From Octopus bimaculoides (lineage: Eukaryota): a stretch of 64,000 nt of DNA. The stretch's first letter is position 1; the number at the start of each line of letters is the position of its first letter. The DNA lies in assembly GCF_001194135.2 (NCBI RefSeq), contig NC_068984.1:136949388-137013387 (forward strand), in the 5' to 3' direction. This document shows positions 13,073 to 26,454 of the stretch, piece after piece. The position numbers and the translations under genes were made by a program. The notes under the pieces were generated by a model. The model had not been told where the DNA came from. It did no database searches and saw only the letters and a program-made list of their open reading frames with translations.

Positions 13073-14523
13073 AGAGAGTAAACAAATAAACAAACAAGAA
13101 AGAAAGAAAGAAAGAAAGAAAGACAGGAAACCTATGAGAAGATAAAAAGAACAAAGGGAAAAAGTGGAAGAAAGAAAGAGAGAGAGAAGGAAAGAGAGAA
13201 GGAAGGAAGAAAGGAAAGAATGAATGAAAAAGTGAAAGAAAGAAAGAACAAAGATGGAAGCAAACAAAAAAATGGAAGAAATGAGNNNNNNNNNNNNNNN
13301 NNNNNNNNNNNNNNNNNNNNNNNNNNNNNNNNNNNNNNNNNNNNNNNNNNNNNNNNNNNNNNNNNNNNNNNNNNNNNNNNNNNNNNNNNNNNNNNNNNNN
13401 NNNNNNNNNNNNNNNNNNNNNNNNNNNNNNNNNNNNNNNNNNNNNNNNNNNNNNNNNNNNNNNNNNNNNNNNNNNNNNNNNNNNNNNNNNNNNNNNNNNN
13501 NNNNNNNNNNNNNNNNNNNNNNNNNNNNNNNNNNNNNNNNNNNNNNNNNNNNNNNNNNNNNNNNNNNNNNNNNNNNNNNNNNNNNNNNNNNNNNNNNNNN
13601 NNNNNNNNNNNNNNNNNNNNNNNNNNNNNNNNNNNNNNNNNNNNNNNNNNNNNNNNNNNNNNNNNNNNNNNNNNNNNNNNNNNNNNNNNNNNNNNNNNNN
13701 NNNNNNNNNNNNNNNNNNNNNNNNNNNNNNNNNNNNNNNNNNNNNNNNNNNNNNNNNNNNNNNNNNNNNNNNNNNNNNNNNNNNNNNNNNNNNNNNNNNN
13801 NNNNNNNNNNNNNNNNNNNNNNNNNNNNNNNNNNNNNNNNNNNNNNNNNNNNNNNNNNNNNNNNNNNNNNNNNNNNNNNNNNNNNNNNNNNNNNNNNNNN
13901 NNNNNNNNNNNNNNNNNNNNNNNNNNNNNNNNNNNNNNNNNNNNNNNNNNNNNNNNNNNNNNNNNNNNNNNNNNNNNNNNNNNNNNNNNNNNNNNNNNNN
14001 NNNNNNNNNNNNNNNNNNNNNNNNNNNNNNNNNNNNNNNNNNNNNNNNNNNNNNNNNNNNNNNNNNNNNNNNNNNNNNNNNNNNNNNNNNNNNNNNNNNN
14101 NNNNNNNNNNNNNNNNNNNNNNNNNNNNNNNNNNNNNNNNNNNNNNNNNNNNNNNNNNNNNNNNNNNNNNNNNNNNNNNNNNNNNNNNNNNNTTTTTTTT
14201 TTTTTTTTTTTTTTTTGTATTTGTATTTCTGTGTCCTGTCTAGTAGTAGAAAGACCCATCCAGCCAGAGGTTCTGATTGAAATGATAAATCTAAGTGACA
14301 TTTTGTCCTCCCACTAAATATCATATCTGAAGAAGTATATTTGTTAATAAAATAATAGGTACTACGAAATGGAAAGGACAAGAAATAATAATGCGTGAGC
14401 GGATGTTTATGAGCCTTTGTCTGTGTGTCCGTGAGCGTGAGTGTAAGTATCCGCATGCATATACAGGCACTCAAATATATGTACACTTATAACAAAATGC
14501 CAGCATATATATATGTACATATA

Positions 14524-14583
<60 letters not shown>

Positions 14584-14593
14584 GACACACATA

Positions 14594-14644
<51 letters not shown>

Positions 14645-15019
14645 ATATATATCTATATATATATATATATAGATATGCAGGGCAGGGAATCGTCAATTAG
14701 CAATAAAATTAATAATTAACAATTTTGCCGGGTAGCTCAGTATGTGTGTATCAAAAATATCGCTTTCAACCTGGAGTAATAATTTGTAGTTTTGAAATCA
14801 GTAGTTCTTTGACTGCTATTTCTGAATTCTCAGTATGTTGGAGAAGCAGGTTACTGTCAATCCCTATATATTTATGATTATATCATCATCATCGTTTAAC
14901 GTCCGCTTTCCATGCTAGCATGGGTTGGACGATTTGACTGAGGACTGGTGAAACCGGATGGCAACACCAGGCTCCAGTCTGATTTGGCAGAGTTTCTACA
15001 GCTGGATGCCCTTCCTAAC

Positions 15020-15065
<46 letters not shown>

Positions 15066-15519
15066 TGCACATGGTAAAGTACAGTATATATACATAGGTT
15101 TGTGTGAGTCTGTGTGTATAAGTGGGTATGTATATCTGACCACTGAATACCAAAGGTCAGCTTAAGAAATTAACATGTGTAGCTAACCATGAAGAACAGA
15201 TCAGAGATACAGCCAAATAGAGGACCAATCCAATTTAAATGCCAGCCAGAACCATCTACTACCATTCATAGCAGTCCGACAAACCTGTTCCCGCCACACA
15301 TACCATGGGTCTATCAGCTGCTACTAAATTCAAACCACGATGAACAGAGAAGATGAACTTGAAGTCAATGATTTTAAACTAATGGAGACAACACTCATAT
15401 ATCACCTGAGGAAATACAACAATTGTAGCGAATAATAAATAAATGGTCAATCATATTCCTTCTGCTTGACTCCAATTTCTTCAATTATATATATATATAT
15501 ATACATATGTAAACACACA

Positions 15520-16143
15520 GTACCGCCTGGTTGGCACTCGTGCCAGTGGAACGTTAAAAGCACATCTGAGCATGGAGTGTAGCCAGCTCACTTATGAGTA
15601 TCCCTCATTCACGGGACAATAAACTTTGCTTATGAAAACCTATTGAGGCAATGAAATCAAAATCAAAATCCTTGACGTGGCCAATGACAGTACCGCCTGA
15701 TTGGCACTCATGCCAGTGGAACATTGGAAGCACATCCGAGCGTGATTGTTGCCAGGGCCATAGATTGGCTCCCATGCCAATGGCATGTACAAAGCAACAT
15801 TCAAGCATGATCGTTGCTAGCGTCACCTTACCAGCACATGTGCCGGTGACACGTGAAAAACAACATTCGAGCATGGTCATTTCCAGTGCCGCTGGACTGG
15901 ATCCCGTGCAGGTAACATGTAAAAACACCTTTTCAGCGTGATCATTGCCAGAACCGCCTGACTGGCCCTCATGCTGGTGGTATGCAAAAGCACCCACTAC
16001 ACTCTTAGAGTGGTTGGCATTAGGAAGGGCATTCAGCTGTAGAAACACTGCCAGATCAGATTGGGACCTGGTGCAGCCTCCTGGCTTTCCAGACCCCAAT
16101 CAAACCGTCCAACCCATGCCAGCATGGAAAACGGACATTAAAC

Positions 16144-16173
<30 letters not shown>
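15520..16173 (+). mobile_element. SINE-like family B (TTAGGAAGGGCATCCAGCTGTAGAAAC motif, (GAT)n tail), long variant
   Basis: Shared body ...AACCCATGCCAGCATGGAAAACGGACATTAAACGATGATG, found in more than 12 copies. Confidence 0.8.
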
Positions 16174-16176
<3 letters not shown>

Positions 16177-16667
16177 ATATATATATATATATATAAACAC
16201 ACACACACACACACATACATATGCACACATTTCCAAAGAAACAATGATTAAACAGATACTGACTTGTGTAAATCACCCACACTCAGAAAGGCAACAACAC
16301 CAATGCACACACACACATGCACGCGCGCACACACATACACACATCAAATCTCTGTAAATACACACCTAATATATATTCTAAAAGTAGAAAGGAGGTAAAA
16401 AGCAAATAGCAAGAAAGGGTTTTTTTTTGTTTTTTTTAATATAAAGATTAAATTGAATTTCAAAATAAATTCCAACTCAAATTAAATCACCAGCCAGGAG
16501 TAGCAGCAGTAGCAGCAGCAGCAGCAACTTATCATTTCAAACTGATTTTTATAAATAAATCAGACTGCTGTGGCCCTTAATAATAACTCTAGGAAGGCTG
16601 TCAGTCTGGTTTCTGTTCAGAGAAGCATAAACATATCAACCACAGACATACTTACACAGAAGCATAT

Positions 16668-17106
16668 CTTCTATTTCTTTCAGTCACTGGACTGTGGCCA
16701 TGCTGGGGCACTGCCTAAAAGAACTTTTAGTCAAATGGATCAACAATGGTGCTTGTTTTTACTTTAAGTGTGGTACTTATTTTATCAGTATTTCTTTGCT
16801 GAACCGCTAAGTTACAGTGGCGTAAACACACCACCACACTGGTTGCCAAACAGTGTGGGGGGGGGGGGACAAACACAGACACAAACACAGACACACACAC
16901 ACACATACATACACACACACACACACACATATACCCATATATAAGATGGGCTTCTTTCTGTTTCCATCTAGCTAATCCATTCACAAGGCGTTGGTACAAC
17001 CTGAGACTATAGTAGAAGACACTTGCCCAAGGTGTCACACAGTGGGTCTGAATGCTGAACCATGTGGTTGGGAAGCAAGCGTCTTACCACAGATCCACGC
17101 CTGCAC
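16668..17106 (-). mobile_element. SINE family A, full length
   Basis: Family consensus in reverse orientation. Confidence 0.8.
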
Positions 17107-17512
17107 TTAAGTACAAACAACTACACAGTTTCTCTTCTCTATCCCAGATCACTATATCAGGTCTGTTGTGCTTACATGTTATTGAGGTCTTCACTGGGAC
17201 ATTCCACCAGTATTCCTTTTTATTATGAGTGGCTATGGCTTCTACCATACTGTATGCATGTATGCATGTATGTATGTATGTATGTATGTATGTATGAATC
17301 TCAGTGAACTCTTAGTGAGCACAGTTTGTGATAGGCCATGCCTTTCTTTTGCTGGGCTCAAATCTCGTTTGTGTGCATGAGTGTGTGAAGGCGTGTGGCT
17401 TCGTGGCTTGGATACTCAGCTAATGATCATAAGGTGATGAGTATGACATCTGGTGGTGTGTGTGTGTGTAAGCCCATCGTATATATGTATATATATATAT
17501 GTNNNNNNNNNN

Positions 17513-17675
17513 TATGTCCCCGTCACTTAGCGGTTCGGCAAAACAGACCGATAGAATAAGTACTAGGCTTACAAAGAATAAGTCCCGGGGTCGATATGCT
17601 CGACTAAAGGCGGTGCTCCAGCATGGCCGCAGTCAAATGACTGAAACAAGTAATAGAGAGAATAGAGTAATAGAG
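17513..17675 (+). mobile_element. SINE family A, 3' half
   Basis: CCCCGTCACTTAGCGGTTCGGCAAAACAGACCGATAGAATAAGTACTAGG consensus. Confidence 0.8.
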
Positions 17676-17771
17676 TATATATACACAGACACCCACACAC
17701 ATTTTCAGATATATGTGTGCACACACAGACACACACATACACATGCACACATACACATGCACACACATAGG

Positions 17772-17951
17772 TGGGCGTCATGCTGGCAGCACGTAAAAAG
17801 CACCCACCACACTCTTGGAGTGGTTGGCGTTAGGAAGGGCATCCAGCTGTAGAAACTCTGCCAGATCAGATGGGAGCCTGGTGCAGCCATCTGGTTCACC
17901 AGTCCTCAGTCAAATTGTCCAACCCATGCCAGCATGGAAAGCGGACGTTAA

Positions 17952-17990
<39 letters not shown>
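17772..17990 (+). mobile_element. Family B element (others at about 14880-15023 -, 24350-24600 +, 29330-29635 +, 30980-31082 -, 48262-48480 -, 52820-53127 +)
   Basis: Family consensus with (GAT)n tail. Confidence 0.8.
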
Positions 17991-19165
17991 GTGGTAATGT
18001 ATATGCATATGAGCAGAGGGATGCGTTTGTGTGTCTTTGTCTTGTCATCATCATTGATAGTTGAAAGCAAGTGTCACTGTCCTTCATGTTAAAGAAACAT
18101 GTCTGACCATGGAGCAAAAAATATCATCTCGCTGGGAAACGAATGAGTGTTGCATCAAAAGAAAAAAAAATTCCATCCAATTAATGAATGCATGGAAAAG
18201 AGAACGCAATGATGATGATGAGGATGATGATGATGACAACACAATTAGTCACTCGGACCACTCCGGATTCTCACCCCCACCACCATCACCATTCCCTTTA
18301 GTTAGTTCTCCATCACTGTGAATGGTAAACCTCTATCATTCCAGATCTTAGGAGGTTCATCACACGCTTCGGAGTGTTGGAAAGTCTCAAAAAAATTGCC
18401 AGCACTACATTGGTTTTGGATGCCATTCGCTGTAACATCACTGAACCAGTTCAGTCTCCTCCTCCTCCTCCACCTCCTCCCCCCCCCTGATTACACAATT
18501 TAATCTACTATTGATTTATTAAATTATTAATCGATTTTATTTATTTGTTTCCCGTATATTTCAAATTATGTTTGTTTGTATTTTATATCTTCACACTTTT
18601 ATACCTTTCAGTTAAAGTAACATCAAAGTAGTGTCTTTTTGAAAGGAATTTTTATAGTTTTCTGCAAATTAAAATATTTATGAACACTGCGAAAAACCTA
18701 CACATGAAATTTTTCTTTTTCAGATTCCAAACTCTAATGGTTTTTTTTTTGGTAAATAATTATTCTGTTATTCTATTATTCTCTTGCTTGTTTCAGTCAG
18801 TGGACTGCAGCCATACTGGTACACAGCCTTGAAGGCTTTTAGTCAGTTAACTTGACCCAAGCACTTATTTTCAGTCTCATTATATCAGTCCCTGTTAGCT
18901 AAACTGCTAGGTTACAAGGACACACAAATGAATACTGACTGTCAAGCAGTGAGAAACAAATACAGCGATACACAAACATACATACAAAGACATACACACA
19001 TACATACATACATACATGCGTATATACATACAAACAAAAATACCCTGTTGTTGATATTGAAATTCCAATGAAGGAGTCTTGGATATAGGTTAGAAACTAG
19101 ATCTTTCTCTGTTAGTAAGAAATCTTGAAATAAAACTGAACAATCACATACATACATAAAAAAGA

Positions 19166-19208
<43 letters not shown>

Positions 19209-19831
19209 NNNNNNNNNNNNNNNNNNNNNNNNNNNNNNNNNNNNNNNNNNNNNNNNNNNNNNNNNNNNNNNNNNNNNNNNNNNNNNNNNNNNNNNNNNNN
19301 NNNNNNNNNNNNNNNNNNNNNNNNNNNNNNNNNNNNNNNNNNNNNNNNNNNNNNNNNNNNNNNNNNNNNNNNNNNNNNNNNNNNNNNNNNNNNNNNNNNN
19401 NNNNNNNNNNNNNNNNNNNNNNNNNNNNNNNNNNNNNNNNNNNNNNNNNNNNNNNNNNNNNNNNNNNNNNNNNNNNNNNNNNNNNNNNNNNNNNNNNNNN
19501 NNNNNNNNNNNNNNNNNNNNNNNNNNNNNNNNNNNNNNNNNNNNNNNNNNNNNNNNNNNNNNNNNNNNNNNNNNNNNNNNNNNNNNNNNNNNNNNNNNNN
19601 NNNNNNNNNNNNNNNNNNNNNNNNNNNNNNNNNNNNNNNNNNNNNNNNNNNNNNNNNNNNNNNNNNNNNNNNNNNNNNNNNNNNNNNNNNNNNNNNNNNN
19701 NNNNNNNNNNNNNNNNNNNNNNNNNNNNNNNNNNNNNNNNNNNNNNNNNNNNNNNNNNNNNNNNNNNNNNNNNNNNNNNNNNNNNNNNNNNNNNNNNNNN
19801 NNNNNNNNNNNNNNNNNNNNNNNNNNNNNNN

Positions 19832-19873
<42 letters not shown>

Positions 19874-19875
<2 letters not shown>

Positions 19876-20201
19876 ATATGGAGCAAATAATTCATGAGAA
19901 AAATAATTCACATAAAAATAATTTGCAAAGATACCACTGACTGTGTTATTATCTAGTGTAACAATTTAAAAATGATGATAACCGAATCAATAAGACAGGC
20001 GATTGCATACTTAGTATGTCTTTGATTAATTTTAATCCTTCAGCAATTTAATGCTTGCTTGGGGGCCTGCAATTGCCTATATTATTGATTCTGTTATTAT
20101 CATTTTTAAATTGTTACACTAGATAATAACAGAGTCAGTGATATCTTTACAAATTATTTTTTCATGAATTATTTTTCTCATGAATTTTTTGCTCCGTACT
20201 G
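19874..20201. mobile_element. Fold-back MITE-like element with about 130-bp imperfect inverted arms
   Basis: 19874-20005 and 20070-20201 are reverse complements (e.g. ATTATCTAGTGTAACAATTTAAAAATGAT / ATCATTTTTAAATTGTTACACTAGATAAT). Confidence 0.75.
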
Positions 20202-20228
20202 AAATTATTTTCATACTGGTGGCTACCA

Positions 20229-20417
20229 TTATTTCAGCACAAAATGAATCAGTTGCAGCACAGTCTTCGACACGATGGGTCGGGGCTTTCTCTCATGGTA
20301 ACGCATACTGAGGAAGGTGAGGCTATTATGCCAGTCCAGAAACCAATCCATGTGAGTCCAAATACTTGAATGTATGCTGAAAGATTGTCTTAGCCCGTTT
20401 GCCTTCAGACGGTTGAT
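20229..20417 (-). mobile_element. Possible Penelope-like reverse transcriptase fragment
   Basis: 62-codon open frame ..SSIWTHMD...LTFLSMRYHERKPRPIVSKTVLQLIHFVLK* loosely resembles the PLE RT region SLYTNI...FL..R...P...L..LI.FVL.NN. Confidence 0.35.
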
Positions 20418-20950
20418 CTCTGTATTTATTATCAGTGTATTTTGGCAATTTAAATAAGAGTTTTGACTGTTATTTCCAGTATNNNNNNNNNNNNNNNNNN
20501 NNNNNNNNNNNNNNNNNNNNNNNNNNNNNNNNNNNNNNNNNNNNNNNNNNNNNNNNNNNNNNNNNNNNNNNNNNNNNNNNNNNNNNNNNNNNNNNNNNNN
20601 NNNNNNNNNNNNNNNNNNNNNNNNNNNNNNNNNNNNNNNNNNNNNNNNNNNNNNNNNNNNNNNNNNNNNNNNNNNNNNNNNNNNNNNNNNNNNNNNNNNN
20701 NNNNNNNNNNNNNNNNNNNNNNNNNNNNNNNNNNNNNNNNNNNNNNNNNNNNNNNNNNNNNNNNNNNNNNNNNNNNNNNNNNNNNNNNNNNNNNNNNNNN
20801 NNNNNNNNNNNNNNNNNNNNNNNNNNNNNNNNNNNNNNNNNNNNNNNNNNNNNNNNNNNNNNNNNNNNNNNNNNNNNNNNNNNNNNNNNNNNNNNNNNNN
20901 NNNNNNNNNNNNNNNNNNNNNNNNNNNNNNNNNNNNNNNNNNNNNATATA

Positions 20951-21003
<53 letters not shown>

Positions 21004-21454
21004 CAAATAATATATGAGTATATGCATATATACGTACATACCTACATCTACATGTATATATAGATGCATATCTGAGTACAGAATGTTGCAAAAAAACGTG
21101 GACAAAATGATAAACAATGATAAACAGAGTACAGAAAACACACAGGCCACATAGAGAACATTTCCTTCATCAGCTGCCACCATTCTAAGACTAAGCATTT
21201 CGAAGATACATATATGTGTTTGTATGTATGTATGTATGTATGTGTTTGTGTATGTTCACCAGCACAGCGTGACAACTGGTGTTGGTGTATTTACATCCTT
21301 GTAATTTAGCAGTTCAGCAAAAGAAACCAATAGAAAGAGTACCGAGGTTTGAAAAAAAAAATAAGAACAGGGTTTGATTCCTTTCACTAAAAATTCTTCA
21401 AGGTGGGGCCCCAGCATGGTTGCAATCTCATGACTGCAACAAGTAAAAGAATAA

Positions 21455-22150
21455 AGATGATGATGGTGATGATGATGGTGATGATGATGGTTCCAATAAA
21501 ATTATTTGAAAACAATTTCTACAGCTATTTGAACTTTGTATCCCAAAGCTCAGCAAGCACTTTACCAATTAGGCCTTTGTTTCATCTTCTGTTTGAGGAT
21601 GATGGCAAGTCAACGAAGATTATGATGATGATAAAAACTAACGTTGATGGTGGAGATTATAATATTGAGGATGATAATACTGAGGACAATAAAAAAAAAA
21701 TGTTATCAAAATTTAAGATTGATGACGACGATGATGACGATGATGATGATGATGTTGGTAATGATAACAAGAACACTGATGAGGAAGGCGACAATGACGA
21801 TGATAACGACTGATGGTTGATGATGGCAACAACAATGATGATGATGACAAATGATGACGATGACAATGATTGATGATGATGATGATGATGATGATGATGA
21901 CAAGAACAATTTCAACAATAGTGATGATGACAATCGTAATGATGACAAAAGTAAATGTGGAAAAGAAAGATTTTTCCTGTGAAGGATTTGAACTCCGTAT
22001 CCTGAGGCCCCTGGTTTTACCAATTATACTCCTGCTTTATCTTATCTTGATGATAATGATGACGATAACAACAATGATGATGGTGATGACGAGGGTAAAT
22101 CTGATGATGATGATGGTGATGATGATGATGATGATGATGATGACAAAAAT
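21455..22150. repeat. Degenerate (GAT)n low-complexity tract
   Basis: Triplet-repeat composition. Confidence 0.85.
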
Positions 22151-22490
22151 ATAAAACAAGAGATAAAAAAGAAAATGGAAAGTGATTATCTATGGAGGAG
22201 GAGACAGATGGTGAAAATAAATGATAGCTTCAGGTGGATTTTGTCTAAAAAAATAATAAAAAATAAAATAATAATAATAATAATAATAATAATATAATGA
22301 TAAGAATTGATTGGCAGAGAATTGATCTCCATTGGAGGAGGAGTTGGGGAGGCAGGTACGCATCAGTAAAATGAAAATTGCTCAGGACTGTGTTGGACAA
22401 ATGCCAGAAGTTGTGAAACCCACCTCTCTTTTTATGAGTGTGTGTGTGTGTTTGTGTGTGTGTTATATGCACACACATACACACGTGTTG

Positions 22491-22492
<2 letters not shown>

Positions 22493-22571
<79 letters not shown>

Positions 22572-22654
22572 GATATATACACACACACATATACATATAT
22601 ATATACATGTATATATACATACATATACATACATGTATATATACATACATATAT

Positions 22655-22747
<93 letters not shown>

Positions 22748-22800
22748 CACACATATACATATATATACACACATATACATAAATATAGATATTTACACAC
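22493..22800. repeat. Compound (TA)n/(TACA)n microsatellite (similar blocks at about 640-925, 2670-3095, 35880-36365, 49190-49345, 57455-58015)
   Basis: Direct inspection. Confidence 0.95.
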
Positions 22801-23231
22801 ACACATATCTATGAATCTCTTTCTCTTTTTCCCACTGTCACTTTGCTTGGAGCCTGAAGGAGAAGAAATATCACAGAATCAACATCCTCTTCAATAGATA
22901 CTCATTAGTAAGTGATGGGCAGGTAGGCAGGCAGGCAACTATGATTACCAATATTCTAGTACCCTGGTTTCCTCCAAAAATTTTATTAAGAGCAACACGT
23001 ACAGAGAGAGAGTTTCCATTAAAAAATTCTTACAAATCCATTCTGCATTTTGACTCTTTTTTGCTTTTTTTGCTTTTTCCGTTTTCTTCTTTTCTGTTTT
23101 TGCATGGCAGCATAATATTGAAATTTTCTGATTATTTTGCCATTTTTCCCTTTTTCGAAAAAAAATAAATCTCGCTTTTTATTTTTCTCAGCATGTTTTC
23201 TTTTTTCCAGTTTGTTTTCTTTTTGTTATTG

Positions 23232-23340
23232 TATTTTCCGTTTTCAGTGGGAGGAACGATTTTAAAATGGTATAGGCATATAACACGAATGGACAAACAG
23301 ATGGAAAAGTGTCAAGAACTGTATGGAATGTATTGAAGAC
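23232..23340 (+). mobile_element. Short decayed LINE (RTE-like) fragment
   Basis: ILKWYRHITRMD resembles the L.W.GHV.RM motif of RTE C-termini. Confidence 0.4.
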
Positions 23341-23371
23341 ATGAGGGTCTACTGCACAGCAGTTATACTTG

Positions 23372-23754
23372 TATGTTGGCACTCCGTCGCTTACGACGTC
23401 GAGGGTTCCAGTTGATCCGATCAACAGAACAGCTTGCTCGTGAAATTAACGTGCAAGTGGCTGAGCACTCCACAGACACGTGTACCCTTAACGTAGTTCT
23501 CGGGGATATTCAGCATGACACAGAGTGTGACAATGTTGGCCCTTTGAATTACAGGCACAACAGAAAAAGGAAGAGTGAGAGAAAGTTGTGGTGGAAGAGT
23601 GCAGCAGGGTTCGCCACCATCCCCTGCCGGAGCCTCGTGGAGCTTTTAGGTGTTTTCGCCCAATAAACACTCACAATGCCCGGTCTGGGAATCGAAACTG
23701 CGATCCTATGACCGCGAGTCCGCTGCCCTAACCACTGGGCCATTGCGCCTCCAC
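23372..23754 (-). mobile_element. SINE family D, full length and young-looking (older plus-strand copy at about 53128-53455)
   Basis: A box TGGCCCAGTGG and B box GTTTCGATTCC on the minus strand. The 3' half is shared with the 53.3-kb copy and CpGs are retained. Confidence 0.8.
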
Positions 23755-24064
23755 ACAGCAGTTATACACACACACAAACATACACATACAATCACCACCA
23801 CCACCACTACGGTCATTATTATTTCAGTGTCCACTGTTCCTTGCTTGTATGAGTTGGTCAGACGAGTTTACTGGAGCAGATTTTCTGTGGCTGGATTCGC
23901 ATCCCATCGACAACCCTCACCTGTTTCCGAGCAAAGTAATATTTCTCCATGGCTAGACATGTTTCCGCAGAATACTGGAAATGAAGGACGCTGCTTGTAG
24001 AACAGTGGCACTCGTTTACAACTGTCATGCAATGTCAAGACAAAGGAACACAAACATACACTCA

Positions 24065-24350
24065 CTCACACACACATAAGTTACGGGGACGTAAACACAC
24101 CAGCATCGGTTGTCAAGTGATGTTGGGGGGACAAACACAAGCACACAAACATATACACACACATATAAATATATATATACATATATATGACAGGCTTCTT
24201 TCAGTTTCCATCAACCAAATCCACTCACAAGGCTTTGGTCGGCCCGAGGCTATAGTAGAAAACAGTTGCCCAAGGTGCCAGCAGTGGGACTGAACCCGGA
24301 ACCATGTGGTTTGTAAGCAAGCTACTTACCACACAGCTACTCCTGCGTCT
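24065..24350 (-). mobile_element. SINE family A, 5' three quarters
   Basis: Family consensus in reverse orientation. Confidence 0.8.
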
Positions 24351-24899
24351 ATAAAAAGCACTGCTGACAGTCCCACATAAAAAGCACTCATGCTAGTCCA
24401 TCATAAAAGTAAGTCTGGTGCTGGCGCCAAGTAAAAAGCACCCAGTACACTCATATTAGGAAGGGCATCCAACCATAGAAACCAGACCAAAACAGATTAT
24501 GGAACCTGGTGCAACTCCTGACCTTAGCAGCTCCTGTCAAGTTATCCAACCCATGCCAGTATGAACAACAAACGTTAAATGATGGTGATGATGATGATGA
24601 ATGCTGCATCTGTGATATTGTTTACCATCAACGCTTGTTATCAGAGGAGCCATATAAACATTTCTATTAACACCCACAACAGACTGTGGACACCAACATT
24701 GTTTTTCACACCTGAGCAATTGGCCAGTACCAAAAAAAAACTGACATTGTATCATCCGACCACCACTAAATCTTATTGGCGTCACCGTTTTCATCAATAC
24801 TGACACCTGTTCTGCCATTACCATCGAAAAAAGAAAACAGCTTCAATTAACATTAACACAAAATGTCAACACCAATATCACAACAGAGTCATCACCATC

Positions 24900-25550
24900 A
24901 TCATAAAAACTAAGCAAGCATTCTTACTGGCACCAATACCACAAACAGCAACAACAATACAACCAACTCTAGTATTGAGGGACCATTATAGTCATTGTCA
25001 TTTCTACTAAACTACCATTAACGGTAGCACAACCACCACCACACCACTATTACTACTACTACTACTGTTGTAACACTATCAACAGGAACATCAGGACATT
25101 AGCACTACTACAACCACCACTACCACTACACCAGAAATATTATCATCACTACCAGTCCGACCACCACTACCACCTACACTGCCACCTCTACCACCACCAT
25201 CACTACTACCTACACTGCCACCTCTACCACCACCATCACTACCACCTCCACCACCACTACCACTTACTGCCTCCACCACCACTACTAACACCTACGCCAC
25301 CACTACCACCTCCACCATCATTACCACCACTACCACGTCCAACACCACTACCAGCATTATAACCTCTACCACCATCAGCAACATCGTCGTCTTTACCACC
25401 ACCAGCACCACTACAATAATAACACTGTCACCACCACCACCAAAGCATTACCACTACCACAACCACCACAAATAAAACCAGCATCATTACCGCCACTACC
25501 ACCACCACCACCACCACCACCACTTCGACAAGGACCAACAACAGCAACAC
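24900..25550. repeat. Degenerate (ACC/ACT)n tract
   Basis: Triplet-repeat composition. Confidence 0.85.
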
Positions 25551-26049
25551 TGTCACTCCTGTTTTCGTTATAGTTAATGTCTATTTTATCACAGTGTTTT
25601 GAGATAGACACTAGACCGAAGGCTGGGGGGTTATGTCTAGCAATATTTGGCACCAACCCAAGCTAAGTTGGTGCTGGCCGAAGGTAGGTCAGCACTAATC
25701 ACATGAACAAATGTGTTAATAACATTTTGTGCAGTAGAGCATGCCTAATTAAAACCTAGGTGTTATGGCTAGATTCCACACCCAGCTCGACACCGTTCAG
25801 CTGCTAACCAACCAATCATTGTACTACACACATGCATGGCGTGTAGGAGATCTGTGTGTGTGTGTGTGTGTGTGCACGCCTCTCTCTCTCTCTCATTCTC
25901 AGAATGTGTTGAGCCAAATATGCTGTCTCATTAACGGAGCAGTTCAACTAAATTGGACAGAGGAGTAAATTGGGATTGAACCAGTCTCCTCTGTTCAAGG
26001 ATCTGTGTGCTTATTCTCTAAGCTATATAAACAAACTTTTCAGGTAATT

Positions 26050-26450
26050 CACAGAGACAGACAGACATACACACACACAGACATACATACACACAAATGT
26101 GCACACACACAGACATACACTCACATACAAACGTGCATACACAGACATACACACACACAAACATGCACACACACAGACATACACACACACAACAAGCACA
26201 CACAGACATACACACACACACACAAACGTGCCCACACACACAGACATACACACACACACAAACGTGCACACACAGACATACACAAACACAAACGTGCACA
26301 CACACAGACATACACACACACAAACGTGCACACCCACAAACATACACACACATAAACATGCACACACACAAACATACACACACAAACGTGCACACACACA
26401 AACATACATGCACACAAACGTGCACACACACAGACATACACACACAAAGA
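26050..26450. repeat. CA-derived minisatellite (units of about 26-28 bp, ACAAACGTGCACACACACAGACAT)
   Basis: Direct inspection of tandem units. Confidence 0.8.
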
Positions 26451-26454
26451 CAGT

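Noticed and set aside
21403-22154. Poly-D, poly-M and poly-S ORFs, and the poly-G/poly-T ORFs at about 25.1-25.6 kb and 37.2 kb
   Set aside because: They are degenerate trinucleotide repeats with no flanking coding signal.
23670-23754. Possible tRNA gene (and similar heads of families A, C and D)
   Set aside because: A and B boxes are present but there is no complete cloverleaf, and the head is continuous with a dispersed repeat body, so these are SINE heads. No anticodon is assigned.
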